A stretch of DNA of 64,000 nt from Octopus sinensis. Lineage: Eukaryota. The position numbers and the translations under genes were made by a program. The stretch covers positions 143,463-207,462 of the forward strand of contig NW_021833028.1 in NCBI RefSeq assembly GCF_006345805.1, in the 5' to 3' direction. Below are positions 48,480 to 60,644 of the stretch, piece after piece (the first letter of the stretch is position 1; the number at the start of each line of letters is the position of its first letter). The notes under the pieces are model-generated. The model made no database searches. It saw nothing but the letters and a program-made list of their open reading frames with translations, and had not been told where the DNA came from.

Positions 48480-49557
48480 ATGCGTTCACATTTTTGTGAT
48501 GTGCCTTTTTTGCACTATGTTTGAACGTACTTGAAACGTTTAGAGGACGTTAAAATTACATTTTTAAATGTAAAATTAGTCAACAAGGAGTTGAAAAGAA
48601 ACCTATTATGTTCGGATCTGGGGAGATACGGTACTACCGTGGGATGCCTACAGAAGACTGGATTGCAAATCGAAAGATAGAACACTGTTGCTGGATTTTT
48701 TTGTAAACTTAATGAATATAAAATATTTGTTATTTCGATTAAATTTTCCTGATGAAGACATTGATGCCATATAATATGATCAAATTTATTTTCGAATCTA
48801 TAATCTCTTATTCGTCCCTGAAGACCACATTTCTGACCAATCATAGAAGGACCTCCGTCAGTTGCCCCGGAAATCAATCTTGAAGGGTCAAAGTTTTCAT
48901 ATTTCATTATTTGACAAATTTCTTGGAATATATCTTACCCTTTGGTTGTATGGTGAAAAAAACATAAGGAAAGAAATTATTTTTATAAATTTTGAAATCC
49001 GGCATTACTTCTCTTATAAACAATCACGTCAGTAATATCTTTGAACAGTTAATGGCAAATGAAAAGTATACAAACTTTTTTCCTTTCATACAAATTACTT
49101 TATAAGCTTGTGATGAATACTATCCAATATAGATTCAATTCTTCTAGCAACTGTATCATTGCTGAGTGTTAATTTTTTGACAATATCTTGTATATTTTTA
49201 GAACAACATTCTTTATTAAAAATTGCAATAGATTTTGTCGTTTGTATATGGTTTCATATGTTGAGCAATTAGATAACTAATTCTCATTAAAGCCATATTT
49301 GTGTCTTTGGATGTTCCGCCACATCCAAAAAATGATGATCGTTTTACATATTCAGATTTTAAAAAATCTACCCTTTTTTCCTAGAATCGTTTTGATAAGT
49401 ATCATAAATTGATTTGTGAATGTCATTTGACGGATAACGTTTTTAACAAATTTATCGTTGCATGATATATTGAGCAAATACTTTTCCATTCTTTTGAATC
49501 ATAAAAAACTTTCGGGGGCTGTAAAATAAATAGAAGGGCCGCATTTGAGAACCAGTG
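48480..49557 (-). mobile_element. Decayed hAT (SPIN/GTF2IRD2-like) transposon
   Basis: GATDGGPSMIG...HQCLHQENL motif; terminus CACTGGTTCTCAAATGCGGCCC flanked by GTCTATAC. Confidence 0.8.
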
Positions 49558-49584
49558 GTCTATACAATCTGTAAATCGTGCCTT

Positions 49585-49900
49585 GTTTCTCGTATGCATG
49601 CACGGTATGGGTCAACTCCATTTCCTGGTCCAATAAACGGAAGATTGAGGCGAGCCTGAGAAGAAATCTAGCACTACGGTGCGTTGGACAAAAAGGAAGC
49701 TTTCGACTCCTACGAGCATGGAAAACCTCTTGATGCTATATCGACGATCAGATGAAGAAATGAAGGCAAAGCACACACGACCACTACATGCTTGCTTAGG
49801 TACTCGTGAGGAAAATCGGGCCAAATGAGGAGTCTTCTCGTGCGTGTTGGGATCACGAAACGTTACTTGTTCTGTCTTTCGTGCTCTTAATGGGAAATTG
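49585..49900 (+). mobile_element. 3' fragment of the Vingi/Ingi-like LINE family
   Basis: YACTVW...SWSNKRKIE...LLVRVGIT is homologous to 54320-54600. Confidence 0.65.
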
Positions 49901-49919
49901 TTATGTTATGTCATCAATC

Positions 49920-50300
49920 TATTTTGACCAGTAATTTGCCATATTTTGCACAAAAAATGAGGATTGTTGACTATATTTTTCAACATGAAAACGCTCCCAG
50001 CCATATAAAAATGATTATTCAATATTTTCGCGAAAAACATACTAAAAATTAAAAATGACCCTAAAAATCTAGGATTTAAATCCGACAGAGCATTTGTGGG
50101 CTTATATGAGGTTCAAATTAGACAAAGAAAAAATGAGAAAATTCAGGCACTACAGAAAAATCTAGTAGATATTTAGAATTCTATTCCAACAAAAACATTT
50201 GAAAAAAATAGTTGATTTAATTAAAAAAAGGTGTTAGGAGATCTATTCGGAAAAATGAGATTATTCTACATATTTTTAAAAATTATTAAAAGACAGTTAA
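49920..50300 (+). mobile_element. Decayed Tc1 transposase C-terminal fragment
   Basis: IFQHENAPSH...DLNPTEHLWAY remnants. Confidence 0.6.
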
Positions 50301-50439
50301 AAAAGGAGAAAGTTTGTTTAAGACTACGCAATTTAGGACGCCCTCCCACCCTCACGGACTGCGAAACATTTACCGCGGATTACGGCAATGGAGAGGCGTT
50401 GAAGAAGCCAATTTTACAACAACGAAATTTTATGTCTGT

Positions 50440-52080
50440 AAAAGTCGTAGTTTTTTCCAAATTTCTTAGGCCACGACAGAGCACTTCTCAAACTTGATAT
50501 TAAGAACGCATTCAACTGCATCCGCCGGGATCACTTCCTTTCAGTTTTCTACGACCATTTCCTTATATTGTGCCTCCTGGGGCTCTTGTTTTATAAAAGA
50601 CTTAGCTCTCCAATATTCGGATCGAATATTATCCCCTCATGTATGGAGGTTCAACAGGGTGATCCCCTAGACCCCTTCTCTTTGCCTTGGGAATAAATGG
50701 AATAGCCCAGTCGGTTTCTTCCAAACTGAATATTCGGTATCTGAATGACGCCACTATCGGCGGGTCCCCAGATACAATTTTCAAAGATGCTCAATCGTTG
50801 GCACTTTCACTTCTGAAGATTGGACTGGGGATTAACCCCACCAAATCCGAATTAGTCAGCTTCAACCTTGCTGATAAACGCTTTGACCACTTATTATCGT
50901 CCCTCCGCACTAGTCTTGGCCAAGTACGCACGACTGATGTCAACGATATCCGGATCCTCGGATCCCCTATTCTGTCGACCGCAATTAAGAGTGATTTTCG
51001 CATTAAACATTCCACTGGTTTGCTGGACCGCCTCACGATTTTGGACAGCCACGTCGGCTTGTTTCTTGCGAGAAACTTCTTCGCCCTGCCTAAATTACTC
51101 TACTCCTTCAGAAATGCACCTTGTTACCTGCATGAGGACATTCTCACAGATCTCGGTGACTTCCTTCGTTCGAAAATCGAATCTATTTGCAATGTCGAGT
51201 TCGACTCTTTGGGGGTGGAGTCAAGCTTCACTCCCTATACGCCACGGAGGCCTCGGACTCCGGTGCCCGAATGATGCCGCACTGCCTGCTTACCTTTCGT
51301 TACTTTCTTCATGCCAGAAACTCATGGGCACGGTTTTCTCAACCGATTTTGAACATTACGTGCCCTCTAAGTTATCATCGGCGGTCCTGAAGTGGCACTC
51401 GGTAGGATTGGATCTCCCGGAGGACCCGTATAGGCAATTTGTTTGGGACGAAGTCCGCCTTCAATCCCGAATCAAATCGTTCAGTAAATCCCTCGACCAA
51501 CACTGTTTGGCCTGCTTTGAGACGGCCTGTCGTCCTCATAACGGAGCCTGGCTAAATGCTACTCCACTGCCGAGTATTAGGAACTTTCTGGACAGTGAGT
51601 CCGTACGGACTGGAATTTGCTTACGTCTCAGTCTTCGCCTATGCGAGCCACATGTCTGCCGCTGTGGCGCAAAAATCTGTAGCTTTGGACTGCACGCTTT
51701 ATCGTGTAGACGCAGTGCTGGCCGTATCCCGCGGCACGCGGCTCTTAACGACCTTATCAGGAGAGCCGTGAAAGTCGCCGGAATCCCCTCCCTGCTTGAA
51801 ACCACTGGGACCGATCAAGGTGAAGGAAAAAGGCCTGACGGGATCACTGTGTTTCCCTTCAACAGGGGAGAAGCCTCTTACGTGTGTGAACTCTTTCTCG
51901 CCTCAGAACCTGCTGATATACGCATCCGCCCCTGGATCTATTGCCACAACCGCGGAATGCAAAAAGATGCGGAAGTACTCCTCACTTACGGAAAAGTTCC
52001 AATTCCTCCCATTCGCAATTGAGACTTCCGGTCCCTTGGGAGATAAGGCAATCAGCTTCTTTCAGGAGATCGACCGCCTG
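50440..52080 (+). mobile_element. Most complete CRE-like retrotransposon copy (RT, CCHC and RLE), frameshifted
   Basis: DIKNAFNCIRRD, GVQQGDPL, IRYLNDATIGG, GGLGLR, GAWLNA, HVCRCG..HALSC..RHAALND, GKRPDG and PFAIETSG motifs. Confidence 0.92.
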
Positions 52081-52200
52081 AACGCATTTCATTGTGCTAG
52101 AGATCAACCGCCTCTCTGCACACCAAATTACACACTCTTCTATATTATCGCCGAAGAGCCTGTTTAGTGACAATAACCGGTTATATTCTTGCATTATTTG
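52080..52200 (-). mobile_element. Possible Merlin/ISXO2-like transposase N-terminal remnant
   Basis: RLFGDNIEECVIWCAERRLISSTMKC resembles recalled ISXO2-like N-termini; the match is short. Confidence 0.3.
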
Positions 52201-52379
52201 CTCATCAGACTTGATTGACTAAAATTGTAGATTACCATTTCTTAAAGAAAATTTAAATAATTAAATTAATTATTTTCTATTTTATCAGATTTTAAAATAT
52301 ATCAGAATAAAAAATTAAATCATTCTTTGTATAAATTAAGTAAGTTGAAGATTCACCAATATTTATATCGAGGGATGTA

Positions 52380-52880
52380 ACTCCGACTGTTAGAGGATCT
52401 CGGCTTTCGAAACTAAAAGCCTCAACTTCTTCCACCGAATGCAACTGCGAATACTATCCGAAGTATAATGACCGAGACGGATCAACAATGAGGCACTGTA
52501 CCGAAAGTTCTCAGCATGACCCGGGATGTGATGAAGGCCAGATAGAGACTGTTTGAACATGTTCTACGGTTGGACCCGACGTCACCTGCAAATTTAGTTA
52601 TTGAAGAATACCCTGCTGCAAGTGGAAATAAATATCGGGCGTGCCAGCATATTACACTACCGTGGCGCCGCGATCCTAAATCAATCAACCACAGGCTTAA
52701 AAATGGAGACGATCTGGATGCAATGAGGAGTTTAGCATCAACAGGGAAAGATGGACAAAAATTGTCGAGAAAATCGTTTCAAGTGACGCAAGTATGGAAA
52801 TATAACTATTATGTTTCTACGGGAGTTGCCAATAATAATGCGTTCAAAAGAACATAATCCCGAGATCAAGTCAGTAAGGA
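52380..52880 (+). mobile_element. RTE-like LINE 3' fragment
   Basis: LRLFEHVLRLDPTSPANL...TLPW..D...DLDAMRSLA resembles RTE-type C-termini. Confidence 0.6.
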
Positions 52881-53129
52881 GGTGTTATTGTTTTTTTTTG
52901 ATTCTGTCAAATTCCCTGTACAGTCCCTGCCGCATATAATAACGATCTCGATTTTGTTTGAATAAAACGAAGATCCCCATTCCAGAAGTAAAGACCAGTG
53001 CACAAGAAAGCATAAATACATGATAATTGCCACGAGACATAATCTTCACCTAAACTATTAATTAATTATAAAAACAATTTAATCATAAATTAACAAAAAA
53101 TAGCACAATATTATATTTTTTTATTTAAT

Positions 53130-54650
53130 TACTTTCAATAGTTTGCTCACAAAAAGCACAGGAAATCCGACTCACTCCCCTCCAACAGAAGCCTAAAAAA
53201 ACGGGCTGAACCGCTCCTCCTCTCGGTAAAGGAGGTGGAAGATACCTTGCACTCAACAAAATCTTCTTACTCTCACGGCCCGGACAAAATCCCGGTGATT
53301 CTATTAAAAAACCTTGGCGTCGAAGGTGTCAGATTCCTAACATCGATTTTCAACCATTCTATCAACAACAACGTGATTCCGGCAATATGGAAACAGGCCT
53401 TAATAAGGCCGATACTGAAGCCTGGAAGACCAAGAGGGGACCCGGCTTCTTTCAGGCCGATTTTCTGTTATTTTCGATGTCAAAAATCCTGGAAAGACTG
53501 GTTCTTAGCAGAATAGAAGATTTCTTACCCGAAAGACATTTTCAACATGGGTTTAAGAAGGCGAAGTCCACGTCTTCGTATCTCCAATCCTTGTCAAACT
53601 TCATCTGTACCGGTTTTGCCAGCAAACCGAGGCATCAAAAGACAGTGCTCTGCTCCGTCGACATCCATAAAGCCTTCGATTCCGTCTCGAGGAAGCTCCT
53701 CTCAAGGAAGATATTCCAATCCGACTTTCCTCTGAAGCTAAAAATATGGATTACCAGCTTCCTAAGTGGACGAAGGGGAAGGGTGTGCCTCGGTGGTCTG
53801 AAGTCCAAATCTCGTCTTCTACCCAACGGAGTAGCTCAGGGTTCCCCCTTATCCCCGGCCCTCTTCAACTTATTTTTGGAAGACCTCCCTCGCTCCTTCG
53901 ACAACAATGACATCGTTCTCTCATACGCGGACGACATCGTACTAGCCTCACGGGACCGGGACATCCAGAAGGCCTCTGAAAGGCTCCAAGCTAACTTGGA
54001 TCGGCTGAACCTATGGCTGACGGACAACCGGCTTGTGGTAAACGCGGCGAAGTCCGCCACGTCCCTCTTCACCTCGGATAAAAGATTGGGAAGGACGTCA
54101 GTCGACTTAAAGCTGAATAATATATCCGTTTCCTTCTGCAGGAGTCAGACGGTCCTATGGGTAACCTTCGACATGCACCTCTGTTTCTCCCCACATGTGG
54201 AAAACCTCCTTCGCAAATGCGAACAAAAATTGAACATACTACGAACTCTATCTGGAATATGGAAAAACGGGTCGCACCCGGTACTGGCGAATATCTACCG
54301 CCAGTACTTCGAACCTTGTGTTGCGTACGCTTGCGGATCATGGGGTCCGCGGCTATCGTGGTCCAACAGGAGGCGAATCGAGGAGGCCCAACAAAGGGCC
54401 CTCAGATTAACCGATCGTTGGTCACATGATAGCCAACGCCCCGGTCCAGCCTCTCTGGAAGACCTCACCAAGCTGAACCTGGGCCCGTCAGCGATTGCTC
54501 CGCCAAAAACGGCCTGCCGCCCTGTGCGATCTTGTGTGGGCTCGTGGAAAGATCACCGAGCGAGGATGAGGTCCCTGGTTGAATGCATCGGGATCACGTG
54601 ACGTTTGTTCGGTTTTTAGCGTGGTCTTGGTGATTAAATAAATAAATAAA
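53130..54650 (+). mobile_element. Vingi/Ingi-like LINE, 5'-truncated, RT nearly intact
   Basis: GPDKIP, QHGFKK, VDIHKAFD, GVAQGSPLSP and YADD motifs; ends ECIGIT* followed by (AAAT)n. Confidence 0.92.
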
Positions 54651-55400
54651 GGGCGCTAAAATGCAAAATTGCCGGGAAGGCAATGCTCCCAGATATGGGT
54701 GGCCTACCCTGCTTCAGTGCTTCAATCGACGTTTTAGCTTGAACCCATCGTTAGGTGGACTGAAGAAGCTGGCCAAGATCCCTCCTCCTGGCTCACGGGG
54801 GAGGACTGCCGCTGCGATTACGTCGTCAGGATGCCCCTCGTGTTCTCAACACACGAACACCAGAGTAGCGAGTTTTCGTACTCTTGCAGGTTAAAAAGAT
54901 ATTTAGTAGGCCTATCTCTGCATATCTTGTTGTACACTTGCGGCCGCAAAGTGACCAGAAAGATACCTCGGTGGCAACTCAGGAGTGACGTGATGGGTTC
55001 CATCAATCGTGTTATAGCTTACGCGATCGTGCGTAAGGCTCCGGAGACAATGGACGAAACTTCTCTCTATTTGTACTCGGCACAGACAACCTATGATAAA
55101 ATCACCCAGAGGCCTGCCCCAAAGAGTAGATGGAGGGAGAACATTGCCGCTAAAATAGCCACAAGAAAGGCCGAGCTGGAAGCGCTGACTGGGCACATTC
55201 TGAATGTGAGCAATGGGGTCAAGGGCATGACTCCCACCTTGGTGCGTACTTTACTTCTTCGGGAACGAGCTGGAAAATGGGACCTCAACGAGTTGAGCCG
55301 TGTCTGGGCAGAGAGGGAGGAGCTGATTCTCGTTTATCAGAAGAAGCTCTCAACTCATGAGTCTCGGTTTCAGCGCAGGCGGGAGAACAACCTGTTTGAG
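54650..55400 (+). mobile_element. R2/R4-like element, N-terminal (pre-RT) region
   Basis: LYSAQTTYD...SRWRENI...VYQKKL..HESR..RRRENNLFE is homologous to 32200-32560. Confidence 0.7.
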
Positions 55401-56010
55401 TTTAATCTCAGGTTGTGGAAGGTCTTTGAGTGCACGATAATTGAAAATGTAAGAAGAGTGCTGGCAGAATTCCTCGCCACACTCACCTCAATGACGTCGT
55501 GAAAAGGGCACTAGAGTCGGCAGGTTTCCCCTCCACTCTAGAGCCAGTCGGCCTCTGCCGGAGTGATGGAAAGCGTCCTGACGGGATGACTACCTTCCCT
55601 TTCAGGGAAGGCAAGTCCCTGATTTGGGATGCAACTTGTGTTGACTCGTTCTCCGCGTCGGTGTTACTCAAGTCCATCACTAACCCGGGTTCCGCCAGTG
55701 CTCAGGCTGAGGAGGCTAAGAGGTCGAAGTATGGAAATATTTCGGACTCTTACGAGTTTGTCCCCCTCGCCTTCGAAACATCTGGAATTGTCGGCAGGTC
55801 TGCGACTCGCCTTCTTGCCGACATTGCCAGGAGAATTGCCAGGAACACCAACGGCCGGAGGGAGACGAGCTGGCTCTTCCAGCGAATCTCGGTCGCGGTG
55901 CTCCGCGGAAACTGCCACTGGATACGCAGTGCGGCGACTTTGAGCTGACCTCCAGGCTCTTTATTAATTCGTGTATTACTTATTCCCTGTATCATACCTA
56001 ATAAAAATTC
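55400..56010 (+). mobile_element. CRE-like 3' portion with intact RLE ORF 55499..55948
   Basis: KCKKSAGRIPRHTHLND...GKRPDGMT...WDATCVDS...PLAFETSG...FQRISVAVLRGN*; AATAAA and A-rich tail. Confidence 0.92.
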
Positions 56011-56039
56011 CCTTTTAAAAAAAAAGTTATCGTTTTTCT

Positions 56040-56800
56040 AGCTGAAAGACGAGTCTTCACTCGGGTGACCCATCAGTCCACGGATCATTCCACTCAACCT
56101 GTCCTCACGGATTGCAAAGTCTGACCAACCGGACCTTCTGTTTAACCTTGTCATTTACTTTGTATGAATGTAATGACTTCACTCACTTCTTTTATTTACG
56201 CGGTAAGTCAGTGCGTCATGTGCTCGTTGGCCAGCATAAAAGATATCAACAATGTTATTGAGACAAGCCGGTCGATTTGCTTCTATAAATTCCCCAATCG
56301 AAGTATTTTTGTTTCTTTCACAATCTTCAATAATTGAACTGTCTAAATCAGCGGTTCTCAAATGCGGCCCCCAGGATTTAGACTCTAAATTGTCATTTTC
56401 ACCGTAGGTGTTTTGTAGAAATTTCTTTATAAAGAAGCTGCTAGGAAACTTTTAGGGTCGGCGTCCGCAAATAGCGTGGCATTAATTTTACTTGTCCGAT
56501 TTTGGAATTAAACTCAATTGAGCAATTTCTAAAGAAAGAAATTTCCGTTTTGGGAGACATATTTTCTGGGCTATAACTAGACAAAAAAGTCCTCCTTTAC
56601 TGTATTCCTAACTTTTGTCTTCACGTTCAATATTGACTTTGTAGTTTGAAAATTTTCATTGAACGCCCGTGTTATGTGAACCCATCCACCCCGAGGTATC
56701 CTTCCAAATCTTTTCCTTGCAGAGTGTACCACTTTTTTGGCCCATAATATCTTATAAGCATTAATTAATAACAATTCTTACCAAACTGATTCATACGGAA
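56040..56800 (-). mobile_element. Decayed R2/R4-like N-terminal fragment, interrupted at 56349 by a hAT terminus
   Basis: RFGRIPRGGW..ITRAFNENF and NNIVDIFYAGQ motifs; GTCTAAAT|CAGCGGTTCTCAAATGCGGCCC at 56341-56370. Confidence 0.65.
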
Positions 56801-57013
56801 AATTTAAAAAACTGTCAGGCCGAAACGACTCCCAAAACAAACATAAGAATGACCAAATTTATAAAAAGTGTTAGGACCTGCGATATCAAGACATGAGGGT
56901 AAATGGCGTAGTTATCCCAAAAGGAGAAATCTTAATCAGTAGATAAAGTTTTTTAATATTGGAAAATATTGAAATTAACTTATTTTAATGGAGATTAACG
57001 TGATATTATTAAA

Positions 57014-58227
57014 TTATCTATAAATATAATCATTCCTATGAATTTGTGCATTTCTAAAATAGTACGTGGAAGGAGGAGAGTGATAAAACACACCATCCAA
57101 CATTAAAACACAACCAAACCTGTCAATATACCGGATTCAGGATCTCCTAATTCCAATTCAGACCTTTGTAGCATTACGTCCCTTCCACACAGATCTGAAA
57201 AAAAATCATCACCAAGCTGTGATGAAATGTGCCCCAAAACAAGATCACAGTCCCCAAAAAATTCAACATCAAAAGTAAAGTCAGAAAGTGGTTCACGATT
57301 AATGAGGATTTGTGGAACTGACCCCCGAACTCTGTCTAAAGAGTCGCACATAACGAACCAACGGGGGATTGAGGACACCGGATGGACACTGAGAGAAGAG
57401 CCAATCACAAGGACGAGGTCACACTTTTCAATGTCATGTTCCAGACTCGAATAAAAATGGGATCCGAGCTGTTCCCCAAAAAACACAATTTCAGGTTTCA
57501 TGACTCCTTCACCACAAGATACACATCTAGGAACATTCTGTTCGACTATATGGTCCTTGAGTAGTTCAGTCTTCACTCTGTCCCCACAAATCATACACAC
57601 AGAATGGGAAAAGGACCCATGGCATTCCACGAGATGTTCAATTCCGGCCAATCTATCCAGACCGTCAACATTCTGAGTGTAGCAGTTCAATAACTTGCCC
57701 TGACATTCCAGTTGTCGTACAAATTTGTGAGTAAGACCAGGTTGGGCATCCAACATGAGCAGATCCTGAGATGAAATGGAAAATCTTACACGACATATTT
57801 TGTAGAATGGACGAGGATTGTTTTGGAAAAATTTCAGGTCAAAAATGTCGGTTGGAGAAGAGAGTTCGGGGAACTCCTTGCTCAATCGAGCATATAGTCC
57901 GTCACTTGATCGGAAGTCCGGAATTCCACAAGAAACGGAAACCTGTGATGAATACACAAAATAGTGAACCCCTGCACCGCACAGAACCAGAATTGATTTT
58001 GACTCTTGAATGATAGATACGACGTCAGCAATGGTGTTTACATTATCTAGTTTCTTACGACGAATGTTAAGTAAGGAGTAAATGTTAAGTAAGGAAAGTA
58101 ATTCGACGTCGAAACCTGCAAATAGTTATTGCGTAGGTACTAGAATCATCATAGTCTTCATCGCTCGAAGACAATTCCTAATGTTTAAAAAGGTATTCAA
58201 TACAAATTCCGATACATGGTGATTCAT
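57014..58227 (-). CDS. SIRT1: NAD-dependent deacetylase sirtuin 1
   Basis: RRKKL..VNTIAD...LVLCGAG|VSVSCGIPDFRSSDG, YTQNVDG, VECHGSF..C..C...C..C, KPEIVFFGE, VIGSSL and QILINREPL motifs; last exon YHSPPSTYYFRNAQI. Confidence 0.93.
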
Positions 58228-58329
58228 TGGGAATATCACTAGGAATATATTTTAAATCTATTAATAAATTTGTTTAGGAAATATTTATCAATAAAATTAA
58301 TATAATTTTATAACTTAAATCAGAGATGT

Positions 58330-58670
58330 ACAATAGGTTCTTAGTCAACTACGTTCAAAACACCCTGCGGAACCGGACGATCTATCCGAAATTCCTGAGT
58401 TAGTCACTGGTTCCGTTTGTAGCGCATATTCCCTCACTTCAGCAGAAGTATCTGCTGCTCTCAGTTCTTTCCCTTCTAGTAGCAGTGGTGGTATTGGCGG
58501 TATGAAACTTATCCATTCAAGGACTTTCTTTCTCCGGTAACTGCTGAGGCGGGAAGACGCCTAATGTTGGTCATCATGTGCCTATGTACAAGAATTATCC
58601 CTGGTGAGATCCCTCCTTTCGCAAGGGATTTACTTTTCTTCGCAAATCTGACGGCTCTAAACAAATCTCA
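58330..58670 (+). mobile_element. CRE-like RT N-terminal fragment
   Basis: LTSAEVSAALSSFPSSSSGGIGG...FFANLTALNK. Confidence 0.75.
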
Positions 58671-58674
58671 TATA

Positions 58675-58777
58675 AAAGGACCTCCCCAAATTGCATGATA
58701 TATTACGTAATTCATTACATAATATAAAGTACCCCAACATTCTCATATCTAGGGAGATCCTTTAATTGCGTAATATA
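58675..58777 (+). repeat. Degenerate unit of the 84-bp satellite, left of the Ginger-like insertion
   Basis: aaattgcatgatatattacgtaattcattacataatataaagtacccc matches the satellite consensus. Confidence 0.7.
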
Positions 58778-60290
58778 TGTCACCGGTTTTATAGCCCACT
58801 GGGTTGGATAACCCACCTACTGCCATATTTTATAACAATAATATTTTTCATATATTTAATTTCATTGGAAAAAATGATTTTCTTAATTATTTTAATAATA
58901 TTTTGTTCTTTTTTTAAATATTTTAGCGTGAAAACTCTAACTTTTTATTAATAAAGTTTAAAAACTGTGAAAATAAGTAGGGTTGTTCAATAAAGTTCAA
59001 TTAAAATATGGTTCTTTTGAAATTAACGACAAACCAACTTAATGAAATAAAAAATTTTGATGACACCACTACTATATACGATAAAGAGAAAAGGAGAAGG
59101 CTCAGGACGCTTAAAAATCGTTATGCTTCAAAGTTCCTGAAAAAACGTATATAAAAGTCGGAAATAAAAAACTGCGTTTTTTTACTCTAGAAGAAAATGA
59201 GCTAAAGTTAAAAATTATTGAGGTATCTATTTCAAAACAATTGAAGATCGAGCATATGAATACTCATTTTGGTAGAGACAGAATGCTATCGTTACTAAGA
59301 GACCAAATATATTCAGTAACAAGGGAAGAAATTTGTAATGTGATAGGAAAATGTGTCTATTGCCAAGTAATGTTGTTAATCAGTGTTAGTCGAAAAATTT
59401 CATGGCAACAAAATCAACTATCACCCCCATAATTGCAAGAGGACCTAGAGATCGGTATATTGCAGATTTAGTGGATCTGACCTTAACAGTAATTATGGAT
59501 GGGTCTTTTTTTTGAATAAGTCATAGTTGGTTGTTGTAATCGACTCTTTTTCCAAATTTGCAGTGGTAAAACTCGCAAAAACGAAATCAGCTGAAGAAAT
59601 AACAAGAAAGTTAAAAAAGATTTTCTTCTCAATCCGACCCCCGTTTATCTTGCAAACAGACAACGGGAAAGAGTTCAAGAATAAATGCATGGAATTAATG
59701 TGCTCCGAATTAAACATCACTCATATATGTGGACGACCTAGAGCACCCTGGGTTCAGGGGCAAGTGGAGAGGTTTCTTATAGTCAATTTATTTGTAGGTT
59801 TAATCAATCAATTAAAAGATGGATTAGCTCTACAAGTGCATACAACAGAATGCTAGGGAAATTCAAGGATTTTTATCGAGAAATTGTATACAAATATAAC
59901 TCTACACAACATGAAACTACCAAATGGGCGCCCTTCAAAATTTTTATGGGGGATAAAAGAGATTCGGAGAGAACAGAAATCAAATAAATGCATTGTTAAT
60001 GTTCGACGGTACAAATCCAGAACAAAGTGATGAGTCAAATTCGAATTATTTTGAAAATGGCGATAAAAGAACTGAGAGAAACAAGTGCATGAAAACCTTT
60101 TTAAAGCTGGAGAGAAAATGAAAAAACGTCGTAAGTGGAAATATGACGCAGAAGACATTGAAATTGGAGATACAGTGCTGCTGAAACACGACAGGGATGA
60201 TAACCCTGGTAACCGGAGATACCCATTATATGACGAACTGGATATAAGTACACAGTTTCAGAAAAATTTGAAACTACGTGTACTATTAAT
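58778..60290 (+). mobile_element. Ginger2/TDD-like DNA transposon (H2C2 zinc finger and DDE integrase) with tiny introns; right end lost
   Basis: Starts TGTCACCGGTT; EHMNTHFGRDRM...CVYCQ, YIADLVD, IDSFSKF, LQTDNGKEF and GRPRAPWVQGQVER|FNQSIK motifs; introns at 59223-59246, 59367-59389 and 59772-59797. Confidence 0.88.
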
Positions 60291-60640
60291 AAAGATAATG
60301 GAGAATCATCCCGTGTGTGATGACATGGGATGGACTGGTCACCAAATACCACAAGCGGTACTTAAGACAGTTGGATGTAGATAAGTCTCTACAGGCTTAT
60401 ATACAGTCAACTGTTCTTAAGAGGACTCTGGAGAGTGTCTCGTTTGATGCTCGCCGATCCAGCCCTTTCCTGACGTTTAGTCAGCAAGAGGCGCTGGACT
60501 GCACCTTCTCGAAGGTCTACAGTGCCAGAGAAGAGGAGGAAGAAGGGGAGGAGGTGCTTGGAGTGCCGCCTTCTGCTTACTTCAAAGGCTCTGGACTTAG
60601 TTAGTAAAATTACTTAGTTAATAAGTTTCTTTCTTAATAA
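60290..60640 (+). mobile_element. 5'-truncated R2/R4-like 3' end
   Basis: MMTWDGLVTKYHKRYL...AYIQSTVLKRTLES; AATAAA at the end. Confidence 0.85.
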
Positions 60641-60644
60641 AGGT

